Shown: positions 38,859-52,011, numbered from the stretch's first letter. The stretch: 64,000 nt of DNA from Malacoraja senta (GCA_038087875.1 CM075993.1:8620001-8684000); one strand, 5' to 3'. Made by a program: numbers and translations. Notes: generated by a model not told the origin, from the letters alone.

Positions 38859-39113
38859 AGTAGGTTCCTGAGGCTTTGTTAAAGCTGTTGGCTCACAGTA
38901 GCTCAGCCATGGACCAGGCAACACAGAGACTCCAATACCTCTTGAACTCACTGGATGGGACTGTAATTGGAAGAAGCCATCTACTGCCTGTAAAAGACTA
39001 AGACCAGCTAACTTCTCCAGCGCACTGTGATATTACCACAACACCAAGCTTTCGATAAGTTGGAGCACTTCCACAAAACCCAATAAGTAGCCTAATTTTT
39101 AATTTATTTGTTG

Positions 39114-39119
39114 AATAAA
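39114..39119 (+). terminator. Candidate polyadenylation signal of GRAMD2A
   Basis: AATAAA about 255 nt after the stop, preceded by a U-rich tract; another AATAAA lies near 40472. Confidence 0.4.
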
Positions 39120-41079
39120 ATTCCACGGATCTTTCAATTTGGGATATAGCGGTCCATCAAAAGGGTAAAGTATTTTGGAGCTCGTTCCTGCTGTTCAGGT
39201 GCCAGATTATCCAGCATTGGCTAGCAATAGACTTGAGAGTTTTACTTGAATTGGGTATCGGTGCCGGTTAACAGGGTGTCTGTGACTCCGTTCGCTGTGC
39301 GAAGGAAAATCCAGCCCTCTCGCGCAACAGAAGGCCCTCCACGGGACTAGGACACTGTATCCCAGGACAAACATCTGCTCTCAAAAGGTGGAAGTACCCT
39401 GTTCCACTCAATGAATCGTTCCACCGACCTAGCCCTGACACTGCCTCAATTTGTTTCAGGTCTTTGCTTTACTAAATATTGATTGTCTGTTATTGTGCGC
39501 TCAACGTGTTGAGAAAGAAGCATTTGCGGCTGTTTACATTGTGAAAGGACCTGTCTTTGCATTTTATATAAACTGTGCTGAATGATACAATCAAGCAACA
39601 TATGTTCCTGGTGTGGAGATCGGTCTAAGGTGGAATGAGCGAGTAGCCATTAGGAGGGCAGTGACCAGAGAGAGGGAAGTCAGTATGGGTAATGGATTGA
39701 GTGGGGAGCGGTCGTCAAAGGGCGGGGGTGGTCAAGGTGGGTGGTCAACAGGGGGTGGTTGAATATAATGGTGGGAAGACCATCAGTGGAGAGAAGCAAG
39801 CGAGGTTGTAGTTGAAGGACAGTGACCATGAGGAGGGCAGTCGGCGCGGGTTGTAGATGGAGTGGGAAACGGTCGACTGAGGGGGGCGGGGTGGGGGTGC
39901 AGTCAGGGTGGGTAGTCAACAGGGGGTGGTTGAATATAAGGGGCCATCAGTAGAGAGAAACAAGTATGGAGAGACCACCAATGGAGCACACGGAAAGAGA
40001 GCCCACCAGAGATGGCATTGGAGGGAGGACGATTGATGGAGGGAAGGGACAAGAGCTGGAGAGAGTGGAGGGAGGACAGTCGGTGAAGGGAGTGCCGTTC
40101 ATTGTGGATTTGGGGAGTAGTCTGAGCAAAGAAGAAACTTGCTTCAAGGTGCGGTGGGCTGTGTTGGGAGGGCCGCTGTGGGAACATGTGATCATGGAGT
40201 GATTGAGCATTGAGATGTGAATGCTGAGCAGAAGAGAAGATGCAGCCCTGTGCTGGTGCTTGTGAACAGGCAATAGAATTTGTTGAGAAGCCCAGGGAGA
40301 TAGTTGACAGTTTTGATGTACAGGATGCAATCTGTGATGGTCAGATCCCACAAGCTGTAACCAGGGTCTGGGCCCAAAATGGAGCGATCGTTACGTGGGT
40401 CCCACTCACGCCAGCTGCACTCTTGCTTGCTCAGCAGAAATGCTTGTCTGTTTTTTTTCATTATTCAGTTTAATAAATGTTTAACAATGACATTCCTGTG
40501 ATTTTACTCAGTGATTCGCTCTATCTTCACAGGCCTCAAGGTAGCTTTTTCTGATGTGTGGTAGGTTCATATGTTCATTGGAGCAGAATTAGGCCATTCG
40601 GCCCATCAAGTCTACTCCATTCAATAACGGCTGATCTATCTTTCCCTCTCAACCCCATTCTCTTGCCTTCTCCCTATAACCCCTGGTACCCTTACTAATA
40701 AAGAATTTATCATAAGGTCATAAGTGATAGGAGTAGAATTAGGCCATTCGGCCCATCAAGTCTACTCTGCCATTCAATCGTGGTTGATCTATCTCTCCCT
40801 CCTAACCCCATTCTCCTGCCTTCTCCCTATAACCTGCACTAATCAAGAATCTATCTCTGCCGTAAAAATATGCACTGACGGTCTCCACAGCTTTCTGTGG
40901 CAAAGAATTCCACAGATTCACCACCCTCTGACTAAAGAAATTTCTCCTCATCTTCCTAAAAGAACATCCTTTAATTCTAAGGCCATGACCTTAGTCCTGG
41001 ACCCAACCAATAGTGGAAACATCATCTCCACATCCACTCTATTCAAGCCTTTCACTATTCTGTGTTTCAATGAGGTCCC

Positions 41080-41311
41080 TGTAAATCAGTCTCAGTCACT
41101 GTATTCTATGTCCATGTCGGGTGTTCGTAGAGACTGTAGATCAATCACTGTATTCTGAGTCTATGTCGGGTGTTCGTGGAGACCGTTCCTGAAGCAGGGC
41201 TTGGCGGGCGACACGGGGTCTGGAAGCAGGGGCTTGATCTGCAGCTTGGTTACCTTGTGGTTATTAAAACAGATTTTGAAGTTAAACAACTTTGTTATTT
41301 TCGCAACTTCA
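41080..41311 (+). mobile_element. Candidate short solo LTR inserted in CR1
   Basis: 232-bp block with TGT...CA ends, an internal tandem duplication of 50-bp period and ATTAAA; no clear TSD. Confidence 0.4.
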
Positions 41312-42103
41312 TGCCGCCCTCCCCCCATTCTTCTAAACTCCAGCGAGCACAGTGCTGACAAACGCTCATCATCGGTTAACCTGCTCGTTTCTGGGATCAT
41401 TCTTGCAAACCTCCTCTAGACCCTCTCCAGAGCCAGCACATCCTTCCTCAGATATGGTGCCCAAAATTGCTCACAATATTCCAAATGTGGCTGTACCAGT
41501 GCCTTTTCGAGCCTCAGCATGACATCCCTGGTTTTGTATACAAGCCCTCTTGAAATAAATGCTTTACTACTGATTTGACTTGCAGATTAACCTTTTGGGA
41601 ATCCTACACCACATTCCCAAGTCCTTTTGCATCTCTGATTTCTGGATTCTCTCCCCATTTAGAAAATAGTCTACGCCTTTATTCCTACTATTTGCTACAC
41701 TATATTCCATCTGCCACTTCTCTGTCCACTCTCCCAACCTGTCCAAGTCCTTCTGCAGAGTCCCTGCTTTCTCTACACATTATTGCCACTTTATCTCTAC
41801 ACTTTATTGCCCCCTTTATTGCCAGGTATTCTGCCATCCAGCCAACCTGCTAATTTGTTATCTCCGCCTTAAAAATATCTGTTGACGACCTCCACAGCTG
41901 TCTTTGGCAATGAATTCCACAGAAATTCCTCCTCATCTCCGTTCTAAAGGCACGTCCTTTTTTTGAGGCTATGGCCTCTGGTCCTAGACTCTCCCACCAG
42001 TAGAAGCACACTCCACGTCCTCTCTATCCAGGCCTTTCATTATTCGGTAAGTTTCAATGAGGTTCCCATCATTCTTCTATACTTCAGCGAGTAGAGACCC
42101 AGT

Positions 42104-42749
42104 ATATATTTACAAAGCTCTTCAAGTCAAGAATAGACCCTAATACGGAACGGATTATATTTGGAATAATAGTAGATATCAATTTAAACAAAGACCAAAA
42201 AGTATTCTTTAATTATGGGTTAATAATTGGAAAGAAATTGATACTTAAATTTTGGGAAAATACAGCTATACCAACTATTAAAATGTGGATTAGGAATATG
42301 ACAGACATAGCACACCTTGAAGAAATGAGACTCCGCCTAATAGATAAATATGACCAATTCTTAAGGAGTTGGTCCCCTTTCATTGACTTTTTGGAATCAT
42401 GTGATGCAGCAGTACAGTAAAGATTACTGATTTCAGGTCAGGTCGTGGATAGATTTACATCTCCGAACAAAGATTTGAAAATTTCTTTTTTAAGGGCCTT
42501 TTTCTACTATTTCTACTTTCTACTTTTTCTTTTCTTATATACACACTTCACGTTTTTCTATTTTCTACTATCTATTTTTCCTCTTTTTCTTCTCTCTTTT
42601 TTTTTTTTAACTTCCTTTTCAAAAACATAAAACTAGAGGTTGTACATAGAATGTATTACGTTATGACATCGTTGGCACCTAAAACTAGGTACCACTGTAT
42701 TGTTTTGTATTGTATTAACTTCTAATAAAATAAACAAAAACAAAAAAAA
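42104..42749 (+). mobile_element. 5'-truncated L1-clade LINE
   Basis: ORF2 C-terminus (GKKLILKFWENTAIPTIKMWI...WSPFIDFL), T-rich 3' UTR, AATAAA and A-tail; exact 11-bp TSD agagacccagt (42093-42103, 42750-42760). Confidence 0.92.
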
Positions 42750-43299
42750 AGAGACCCAGTGCGATCAAATGCTCATCATACGTTAACCCAATCATTCCTG
42801 GGATTATTCTCGTAAACCTCCTCTGGACCCTCTCCAATGCCAGCACATCCTTCCTCAGATATGGGGCCCAAAGCTGCTCACATTAAGCTGAGATTCAGGT
42901 GAGTGGATGGTAGCAGATGAGCAGGTGGACACAGATGGAGGAGTGGCTGTGTCGAGAGTGACGGAGGTGTGGGGAAAGTTCCACCAGCAGTTAAGCTGAT
43001 GCAGGTGAGTGAGTGATGTAGCAGTCAGTGTAGGAGAGGTTTGGTGGTTGGAAGCTCAGGGTATTTACATGGTAAAAAAAAGAAACCAGTAAAGTGCTGG
43101 AGTAACTCAGCAGGTCAGGCAGCATCTCTGGAGGACATGAATAGATGTTCTTTCGGGTTGGACCCATCAGACTGATTGTTGTGGGGAGGAGAAAGCTGGA
43201 GGAGGGGGGGGGGGGACATGACTAAACCAGGCAAGATCGACACAAAAAGCTGGAGTAACTCAGCGGGACAGGCAGCATCCGTGGAGAGATGAAACGGGT

Positions 43300-43327
43300 G
43301 ACGTTTCGGGTCGAGACACTTCTTCAG
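43300..43327 (-). ncRNA. Minimal hammerhead motif with GUC triplet
   Basis: Minus strand CTGAAGA-A-GTGT(CTCG)ACCC-GAAAC-GTC; one stem II mismatch. Confidence 0.55.
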
Positions 43328-43343
43328 AGGTGGAAACAGGTGA

Positions 43344-43639
43344 GGAACAGTGGTGTAGCGGTAGAGTTGCTGCCTTACAACACCGGAGACCCGGGCTCGA
43401 TCCTGACTACGGCTGCGGTCTACCGAGTTTGTACGTTCTCCCAGTGACCTGCGTGGGTTGTCTCTGAATGCTCCGGTTTCCTCCCACACTCCAAAGACGT
43501 ACCGGTTTGTAGGTTGATTGACTTCTGTAAATTGTCCCTGGTGTGGAGGATAGCGTTAATGTAAGGGGGTGATCGCTGGTCGGCACGGACTCGGTGGGCC
43601 GAAGGGCCTGTTTCCACGCTGTATCTCTAAAGTCTAAAG
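43344..43639 (+). mobile_element. HE1-type V-SINE
   Basis: Complete copy with A/B-box head and tail. Confidence 0.9.
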
Positions 43640-45647
43640 TGGGGAGGGGCTTTAAGTGGCAGTGTGTTGGGTTGCCAATGGTCTGGTTCCAAGAAGAAGG
43701 TTAATATTGCCACCTCTTCCACCCCCTCCTGCCCAGCTTTCCCTCTCTGCACTTCCTTCAACGCACTTTGTGGTCAGGTGCTCCACTCTCTCGCTGTCCC
43801 TGTGGGAAGATAAATATTGCATGAGACCAACCCGGGATGGGTTTAGGCATAGTCTGTCCTCACAGCTGAAGGCTCTGCCCCACCTGGCTCTGCACCAGAG
43901 GTGTTGTGTTTTAGGTCAACCTGCCCTCAGCTGTCCACTCCCTCCACAGGTACTGGGATGATGCAGGAATGCAGCTCCTAGCCCAATCTTCCCTCTCCAC
44001 CTGAACACGTGATTGTGTAATCTCACCATTAGTCACGTCGCACTGAGCCATCAGGTGTTCATCCAGGGATGTTTTAAACATTACTGCCTCTGCTTTCCCC
44101 TTCAGAGGAGGCCCAGGATCCGATCACACCTAAGTGACATGTTTTTAAATTTAGTTCCTCTCTAGTCCCAACAACGAACTGAAATCCATGTCCTCTGCTT
44201 TGGTTGCAGCGGCACAAGAAGGCCATTCGACCCGTCGCCTGCATGCTGGCTCCCTCCAGTCTATCGTTCTTCCTGTGGCTTTTGAACTTTATTGTATATT
44301 AAGTAGAGAGACAGCCCATTCGGCCCATCATGTCCATGCAGTCCCTGTGCCATACTAATCCCACTTACCAGCAATTGGTCCATAGACATGTTTGCATTGG
44401 CGAATCAAGTACATTACTTTAGAGATACAGCATGGAAACAGACCTATTGACCAGCGATCACCACCGATCACACTAGCACTAATCTACACACTAGTGACAA
44501 TGTACAATTTTATCAAAGCCAATTAACCTGCAAAACCTGTACGTATTTGGAGTGGGAGGAAACCGGAGCACCCGGAGAAAACCCACACGGTCACAGGGAG
44601 AACATACAAAACCCCGTAGAGACAGCACCCATAATCAGGATCAAACCCGGGTCTCTGGCACTGTGAGGGAGCAACTTTGCTGCTGTACCACCAAGATATA
44701 CTATTTAAATGTGAGAATCTCTGTTTCCACCTCCCCCTCAGGTAATGTGATCCACAATCCAACAAGTCTCTGGGTGAAAAGATTCTTCATCAGATACCCT
44801 ACAAAATGCTCACCTGGTTTCAGACACCTCTGATATGGGGAAAAGCCACCTACTATCCCAACCATTTGTGTCCAAGCTATGTATTTGAGTCGGGTCCGAT
44901 CTCTGTCTCCTCCACTCCAAAGAAAACAAACCCAAACTATCCAGTCTCACCTTGTAACTGGAACCCTCTGGCCCAGGCAATATCTTTGTGAATCTCTACA
45001 CCTTCTCCATAGCATTCACGCCCTTCCTACAGTGTGGCACACACCACTCCAGATGTGACCGGACCCATGTTTTACATGGATTTATCGTAATCTCTCTGCT
45101 CTTATATTCTATGTTCTGCCTAATGAAAGCAAGTGTTGTGTATGCCTTCTTCACCACCTTGTCTATCTGTACTGCCACCTTCAGGGATCCTTGGACTTGT
45201 AAACCAAGGTTCCTCGGTATTCTCTATGGCCTCACCATTCATCGTCCTCATAAATTCTCCCAAGGCCACTGCCTCACTTCCTCAGGGTTAAATTTTATTT
45301 TATCCATCTACTCAGCCAGTGACCAAAGACTATGCACCATGCCATCAACAGCATCGGCTATTTTTTTTGTCAGCTGCATATTTACTATCTATTTCCTGTC
45401 TTCCATTCCAAACCATTAATGTATGTAGCAAACAGTGAGCGTCCAAGCTAATGTGGGCATTTGGGAGTAGTGCAGATGGGCCAAAAGGACAGCATGGACT
45501 TGGTGGGCTGAATGGCCCTTTAGCTGTACATCTCTCTCCCAGCTATCACCTCCCTCCAGCCCTACAGTCAGTCTGAAGAAATGTCCCAACCTGAAACATC
45601 ACCTATTCATGTTCTTCAGACATGTTGCCTGACCAGCTGAGTTACTC

Positions 45648-45845
45648 ATAAAATGCTGGTGTAACTCAGCGGGACAGGCAGCATCTCTGGATAGAGGAAT
45701 GGGTGACGTTTCGGGTCGAGCCCCTTCTCGACCTGAAACGTCACCCATTCCTTCTATCCAGAGATGCTGCCTGTCCTGCTGAGTTACTCTAGTATATTGT
45801 GTCTATCTTCGGTGTAAACCTGCATCTGCAGTTCCTTCCTACACA
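45648..45845. repeat. Penelope-derived fold-back element, about 70-bp inverted arms
   Basis: Two head-to-head half-hammerheads (gacgtttcgggtcgag / ctcgacctgaaacgtc) at the centre; the CTGAAGA box is deleted. Confidence 0.8.
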
Positions 45846-46589
45846 GCAGAGTTACTCCATCAATTTGCATTCTGTTGTGTAAACCAGTATCTGCATTTCC
45901 TTATTTCTATAACTCCATGCCTCTGGCCACTGTCGTAGGCTTCCAATCACAGGAACAATCCTCCAAAGATCACCCTCTGCCTCCTGTTAACAAACACAAT
46001 CTGGAAACAATTTGCCAAATTACATTGGAGTCCATGCACCTTTTTGACAGTCTTCCTTGTGGCACTTTATCAAAGGCCATCAACACATTTTGTTACTTCA
46101 ACGGGCTGAGAATGACAGGCCAGACTTTCAAAGACAGTCTTTGAGAAGGACTGGCCAAGTGGGCGAGGGAGCCTGGAGCCGACCACTGCAGATGCTGGAT
46201 GTCCGAAACAAAGGCAAGGGATGCTGGAAACACTCAGGATGTCGGACAGTGTCCGTGGAGGGGGGAAACTGAGTCAATGTTGCGGGTTAGTGATCTATCG
46301 TCAGAACAGGTAAAGTGGGAAGACAAACATGTTTTAAGTTGTTAGAGAAAGTGAGGGAATGTCTGAGTTAGGTTGTCGTGGTAACAATTAAATTCCAGCA
46401 TCTGTGACAGAAAACAACATTTTTCTTCAGGTTGTTTCTTGCTTTCTTGTCTCTGAGCCGTTGTTGCCGTGTTATCTGTGGTTGGCATCCTATCACACAC
46501 ATTCTCCCTCTCCCTCTCCCACTCCGGGAAAGAGTGTCGGGCTTGGTGCGCTGGTTCTCTCTCCACAGATGCTGCCAAACCTGCTGGGT

Positions 46590-46760
46590 GCATCCTTGTA
46601 AAGAGACCTTTCCTCGTCTTATCTGGACTGGGTTGTAGGTCTCTCTTGTCTGCCTGAGAGGGCAAACAGGGCTTCAGTTTAATGCTTCCACCCAAGAGAC
46701 AGTGCAGCACTCCCTCAGCAGTGTTAGCCTGTATCGGACACTCCACAATGGTGCCTGTAT
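46590..46760 (-). mobile_element. DeuSINE relic
   Basis: cctgagagggcaaacagggcttcagtttaatg...gacagtgcagcactccctcagca resembles the reverse complement of the Deu domain. Confidence 0.6.
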
Positions 46761-46796
46761 CTGCACTCTTCTGGCTCACAAATCAAGAATCAGGTC

Positions 46797-47068
46797 GGCA
46801 CAGTGGTGCAGCGGTAGAGTTGCTGCCTTACAGCGCCAGAGACCCATGTTTATATGGAGTTTATATGTTCTCCCCATGACCTGCGTGGGTTTTCTCCGGG
46901 TGCTCCGGTTTCCTCCCACACTCCAAAGACGTGCAGGTTAGCAGGCCAATTGGCTTTGGTAAAATTGTAAATTGTCCTAGTGTGTGTAGGATAGTGCTGG
47001 CGTGCGGGGATCGTTGGTCGGCGCGGACTCGTGGGATGAAGGGCCTGTTTCCGTACTGTATCTCTAAA
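46797..47068 (+). mobile_element. HE1-type V-SINE with a small internal deletion
   Basis: Head ggcacagtggtgcagcggtagagttgctgcc, V-domain and tail. Confidence 0.9.
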
Positions 47069-50000
47069 TGAAACTACCGTAATCACTTTTCACGCTGCAG
47101 TAAATTAGGAAGCAAACATCGAGAAATTGAAAGCTAAAACAAAAGCTGACAATGCTAGAAGCACTCAGTGGGTCAGACAGCATCTGTGGACAGAGAAGCA
47201 AAGGTCAGAACAAATCATCAATCTGAAAAATCAGCTCTGTTTTATGTTCCACAGCAGCTGCCTGACCTGCTGAAGACTTGTGACTTTTTCTGCTTTTATT
47301 GCAGCACATCATTAATTAGCTTCCAGCGCAATCTGAGTTAATAAATATAAACTTGCTAACTCTTCTCAGCTAATGCGTGACCACATTATTAACTCACGCC
47401 TAATCAATCCTCATCAATTAGCAAATAAACCCCCTTGACTCCATTCGAATATATTGCCAGCTAAAACCTTGTGTGGCTTGTTATATGTGCAATGAATTAT
47501 TAAATGCTCACAACTTACAACTAAGTCTTGCTTAAAGAAATAACCTTGCACATTGCAGATCAAATAGAGTAAAGAGTACAATTTGCTCATTGTGCAAGAG
47601 GTTATACTGTACACTGTGAGGGAACTCAGATAGTAGCAATCTCCATTATATTTTCCATTGAATTCCATAGAACAGTGTTGGGGAAAGTGCCAAGAGTTAC
47701 CCACAAAACCCACACCTACGTGTTACATAGAAAATAGGTGCAGAAGTAGGCCATTCGGCCCTTCGAGCCAGCATCACCATTCAATATGATCGTGGCTGAT
47801 CATCCAGAATCAGTACCCCGTTTGTGCTTTCTCCCTATATCCCTTGATTCCGTTAGCCCTAAGAGCTATATCTCTCTCTCTTGAATACATCCAGTGAATT
47901 GGCCTCCACTGCCTTCTGTGGCAGAGAATTCCACAGATTCACAACTCTCTGGGTGAAAGGTCTTTCCTCATCTCGGTCCTAAATGGGCTTTACCCCTTAT
48001 TCTTAAATATTCTTAAAGTGTGTATCATTTGCCTTTTGGATACCGGAGAATGGAATATAGTGAATTTGTTGCATTGATGCTGGTGTGTGCAGGGGGAAAC
48101 TCCACCCAGAGCCTCTCAGGTCATCAAGTGAGACCTAGTTGAGATTATCGCTGAGTATTAATGCAGTTGACCATCCATTGGCCCCAGTAATGATCTCAGC
48201 AGCCAGGATGGAAGTGGTTGTGACACCAGACTCTTCCACCTGTGACATTCAGTCCCATTCATCCCTTCACGGAGCTGTGAAATTGACATGTTCCTGAAGG
48301 CAGGAGAATGAGGATGAGAGGCAAAAACTGATCAGCAATGATCGATGGCGGAGCAGACTGGATGAGCCTATAATCAAGAACCAGAGGATATAGGTTTAAG
48401 GTGAAGAGGAAAGATTTAATAGGAACCTGAGGGAAACTATTTTTTACACGAACGGTGGTAGGTATATGGAACGAGCTGCTGGAGGAGGTAGTTGAGGCAG
48501 GTACATCACAACATTTAAACAATACATGGACAGGTACTTGGATAGGGTAGGTTTAAATGGATATGGGCCAAATGCAGGCAGGTGGGACTAATGTTGGTCG
48601 GCATGAGCAAGTTGGGCCAAAGGGCCTGTTTCCACGCACTATGAGTCTATGTCTTATCGTCTAACTCTCTAGGTAACAAAGCAATTAACATTCTTGTGCC
48701 AATGTTCTTATCCAAATGTCCTTGGGCTGTCTAGTGCAGCTGATACAACCAGCACTAGGCAAATATCTCTGCCTCTCTGAGCTTCTAATGCTATCACTGT
48801 GGTCAACTATCCCAGAAACATTTCCAGGTTGTATCTAATACCTGTCACCTACTAACATCCACCAAAGAACTACACTTAAATGGAATGGAATACAGTAGAA
48901 CATGCTGGAAACAACTGGAAGGTAGAGGGATAAACGGGACCAAGTATCAAGTCAACGTATCAGGGTTTTTTTCAGAACTAGGTCTGTGATAAAACAAGAG
49001 TGTTGCAGAGAGAGAGGGGGTTGGGGGGGGGGGGGGGGGGGGTGATGGAGAGTCCAGTGAAAGGGTGAACACCAAGGTTGTTCCAAAACCTCACAACCTT
49101 CTGAGAGGAGCCTCAGTTCCATCCTTAAAGGGTCCTGACCTGAAACATCACCTATCCATGATTCATACACCAATTGGGTGGGGACACAGCATTCAGCCTG
49201 ATCCTAGTTGATGTAAACATTGCCCAATGTTAACTAATGGAGGAGCTGTCCAATATCGGTCCGTTGAAACTTCAGCCGTAGCTGGGCGATGGCTTCTTTT
49301 GAACAGACACAGTCCGGCATTTGGTTGCCATGGTGACCATAAGACACAATTACTATGCAGAACGTGCTATCCATAGATAAGAAGCCAGAGAACCAGCTTT
49401 TCCAGCAGAGCTCCACACATTTCTATCAGTGCTGTTCTTCCGGGAAGTCCAGGTGTCACTGCTCTTGTGTACAACTGACCTCTCCCCTGTTCTTTCACTC
49501 ACCTTTCCCCTCTCTCAGCGAAACCCCACCACTTGTGTCACCCCTCATCTCCCATCCTGTTGCACCCCCTCCCCCCCCCCCCCCCCCCCCCCACCCCCCC
49601 ACCCCCCACCCCACCCCACTCCCAAATTCCTTTGCAACTTTGATCTTGTTTCAATTCCCAGTTCTGGTCAAAAGTCATCAACTCAAACATTTGAAATTAA
49701 GCTGAATGATTTAGTTTAGTTTAGAGATACAGCGTGGAAACAGGCCCTTCGGCCCACCGAGTCCGTGCCGACCAGCGATCATCCCGCACATTAACACTAT
49801 CCTACAAAGCACATTATTCATACGTTTGTACATAGGACAATTCTTACAATTTACATTTATACCAAGCCAATTGACCTACAAACCTGTACGTATTTGGAGT
49901 GTGAGGGAAAACCGAAGATCGCGGAGAAAACCCACGCAGGTCACGGGAGAACGCACAAATGGATATGAATAATGTTGGAAACACTCCACAGGTCAGGCAG

Positions 50001-50082
50001 CTTCTGTGGAGAGGGAAACAGAGGTAATGTTTCAGGTTGGAGGACTGGGAAAGGAGGTGAAAAGGATCATTATAAGGTGAAT

Positions 50083-50796
50083 CCGGAAGTGGCGGCGCCT
50101 AACGGCAGCGGCTCGACTGCAGTCCGTCTGTCTTTTTTTTATTTTTGTCTAGTTAAATGTAGTTGTTTGTGTTTTTTATATTGTTTTTAACTGTGTATAT
50201 GTGGGGGGCGGGGGGGTAAACTTAAAAAAAATCTTTTCCCTGTATGGAGGACCCGACCTTTCTCTGTCGGGTCTCAGTTTGTCGTTGGGGCCTAGCACCG
50301 TGGAGCGGCCTCCAACCGGAACGACCTGGGGCTCCAGTCGCGGAGCCTGCGGACTACTCACCATCGTGGAGCTGGCCGAGTTCGGAGCGTGGAGAGCTGC
50401 GGTGGCGCGCGGCTGTGACCCGACCCCGGAGATTCGGAGGCTCCAGCCGCAGGTCTGGTAAGACGGTGACATCGGGAGCTCGCGGGTACCGTGGGCTCCA
50501 ACATCAAGACCCGGAGGGCGGCCTTGCATCGCCCGGCGCGGCTTTAATGGCCGCGGGACTTATTTTCCATCGCCCGCCGGGGCTCTGACTCTGACATCGG
50601 GAGGAGAATGGGGAGTGCGGGGGAGAGATTAGACTTTGCCTTCCATCACAGCGAGGAGGAGATTCGCTGTGATGGATGTTGGTGTAAATTGTGTTGTGTC
50701 TTGGTTCTTTTTACTTGTTTGTATGACTGCAGAAACCAAATTTTGTTTGAACCTCATTTGAGGTTCAAATGACAATAAATGGTATTGTATTGTATT
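50083..50796 (+). mobile_element. CpG-rich Rex1/Babar-derived non-autonomous element
   Basis: Starts ccggaagtggcggcg, contains gccttccatcacagcgagga (shared with 7170), and ends with aataaa and (gtatt)n. Confidence 0.6.
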
Positions 50797-51137
50797 GAAG
50801 AGTAAATGGCAGGAGAATTGGACAAAGAATACAGTACGGGTTTAGATTAATTATTGTCACGTGAAAAGATTTTGTTCGTGGGCTATCTAATCAAATCAGA
50901 TAACAACCGACATGAATGCAATCAAGTCAAACACAAGTACACAGGTAGAGTGAAAGTTTTACAGCAGAGGGGAAGAAGGTGGTCCTGAGTCTGGTGGTAC
51001 ATGCTTTCAAGATTCGGTATCTTCAGTCGGACAGGAGCGGGGAGAAACTGAGACCAGGTCGAATGGTTAATATGGGCAGTTAGGGGATGATTGTGTTTTT
51101 GCATTATTGTTGCGTGTACTGAGGTACAGTGATCAGT

Positions 51138-51165
51138 CTGAAGAAGGGTTTCGGCCCGAAACGCT
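51138..51165 (+). ncRNA. Hammerhead motif copy with a mutated cleavage triplet
   Basis: CTGAAGAAGGGTTTCGGCCCGAAACGCT; GCT instead of GTH. Confidence 0.45.
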
Positions 51166-51613
51166 GTCTATTTCCTTCGCTCCATAGATGCTGCTGCACT
51201 CGCTGAGTTTCTCCAGCATTTTTGTCTACCTTCGATTTTCCAGCATCTGCAGTTCCTTCTTAAAATACAGTGAGAAATGTTGTTTGTGTGCTTTGCAGGC
51301 AAATCGTACAACCAAACCATCCTGAAGTATGACAGGTAGTGCAAAGAGAAACAGGAAAGCAGAATATAGTGTTACACCTGCGGAGAAAGTGCAGATAAAA
51401 GTGCAAGGGCCTCAAAGAGGTAGATTGGGAGACCGGAACTGTATCCTTAGTTTTTGAGAGATCTGCTCAGTTGCCTGATAGCAGTCGGGAAGAGGCTGTT
51501 CCCGAAGCTGGTAGTACACTTCTTTATCCGTATGTGTTGCTAATGACAGGACTGTGGGGCATGTGCAACAAGCCAGGAGCTGGTGATGGCGATAGAGAGG
51601 TTGACCAATATCT

Positions 51614-51614
51614 A

Positions 51615-51694
<80 letters not shown>

Positions 51695-51855
51695 ACAGAG
51701 AGAGAGAAAAAAAAAAGAGAGAGAGAGAGAGAAAGAAAAAAAAAAGAGAGAGAGAGAGAGAAAAAAAAAAGAGAGAGAGAAAAAAAAAAAAAAGAGAGAG
51801 AGAGAGAAAAAAAAAAAAAAAAGAGAGAGAGAGAAAAAAAAAAAAGAGAGAGAAA

Positions 51856-51886
<31 letters not shown>

Positions 51887-51941
51887 AAAAAAGGAAAAAA
51901 AGAGAGAGAGAGAGAGAAAAAAAGAAAAAAAGAAAAAAGAA
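51614..51941. repeat. Compound microsatellite: (CT)n, (CA)n, then an irregular (GA)n/An tract
   Basis: Read directly from the sequence. Confidence 0.95.
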
Positions 51942-52011
51942 TTTGGTATCAAGTCTGGAGGTTGGTGTCTTTTCACCATCCCCACCATTTCCTTATTGTT
52001 TCAATTAATTT

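Larger units (their letters stand above)
40560..42880 (-). mobile_element. Stack of CR1 LINE fragments with nested insertions
   Basis: Repeated CR1 3' segments (gtagaattaggccattcggcccatcaagtctactc twice; gccagcacatccttcctcagatatgg twice), interrupted at 41080 and 42104. Confidence 0.85.

Noticed and set aside
43344..43420. tRNA genes
   Set aside because: The tRNA-like sequences are SINE heads, and the 18-nt tRNA-Ser match at 53820 is a PBS rather than a gene.
11776..47086. Recurrent short ORFs such as LECGRKPEHLEKTH
   Set aside because: These are translations of non-coding HE1 SINE copies.
39900..50000. SENP8 or another neighbouring gene expected from human synteny
   Set aside because: No ORF resembling SENP8 and no phase-consistent exon chain was recognisable.
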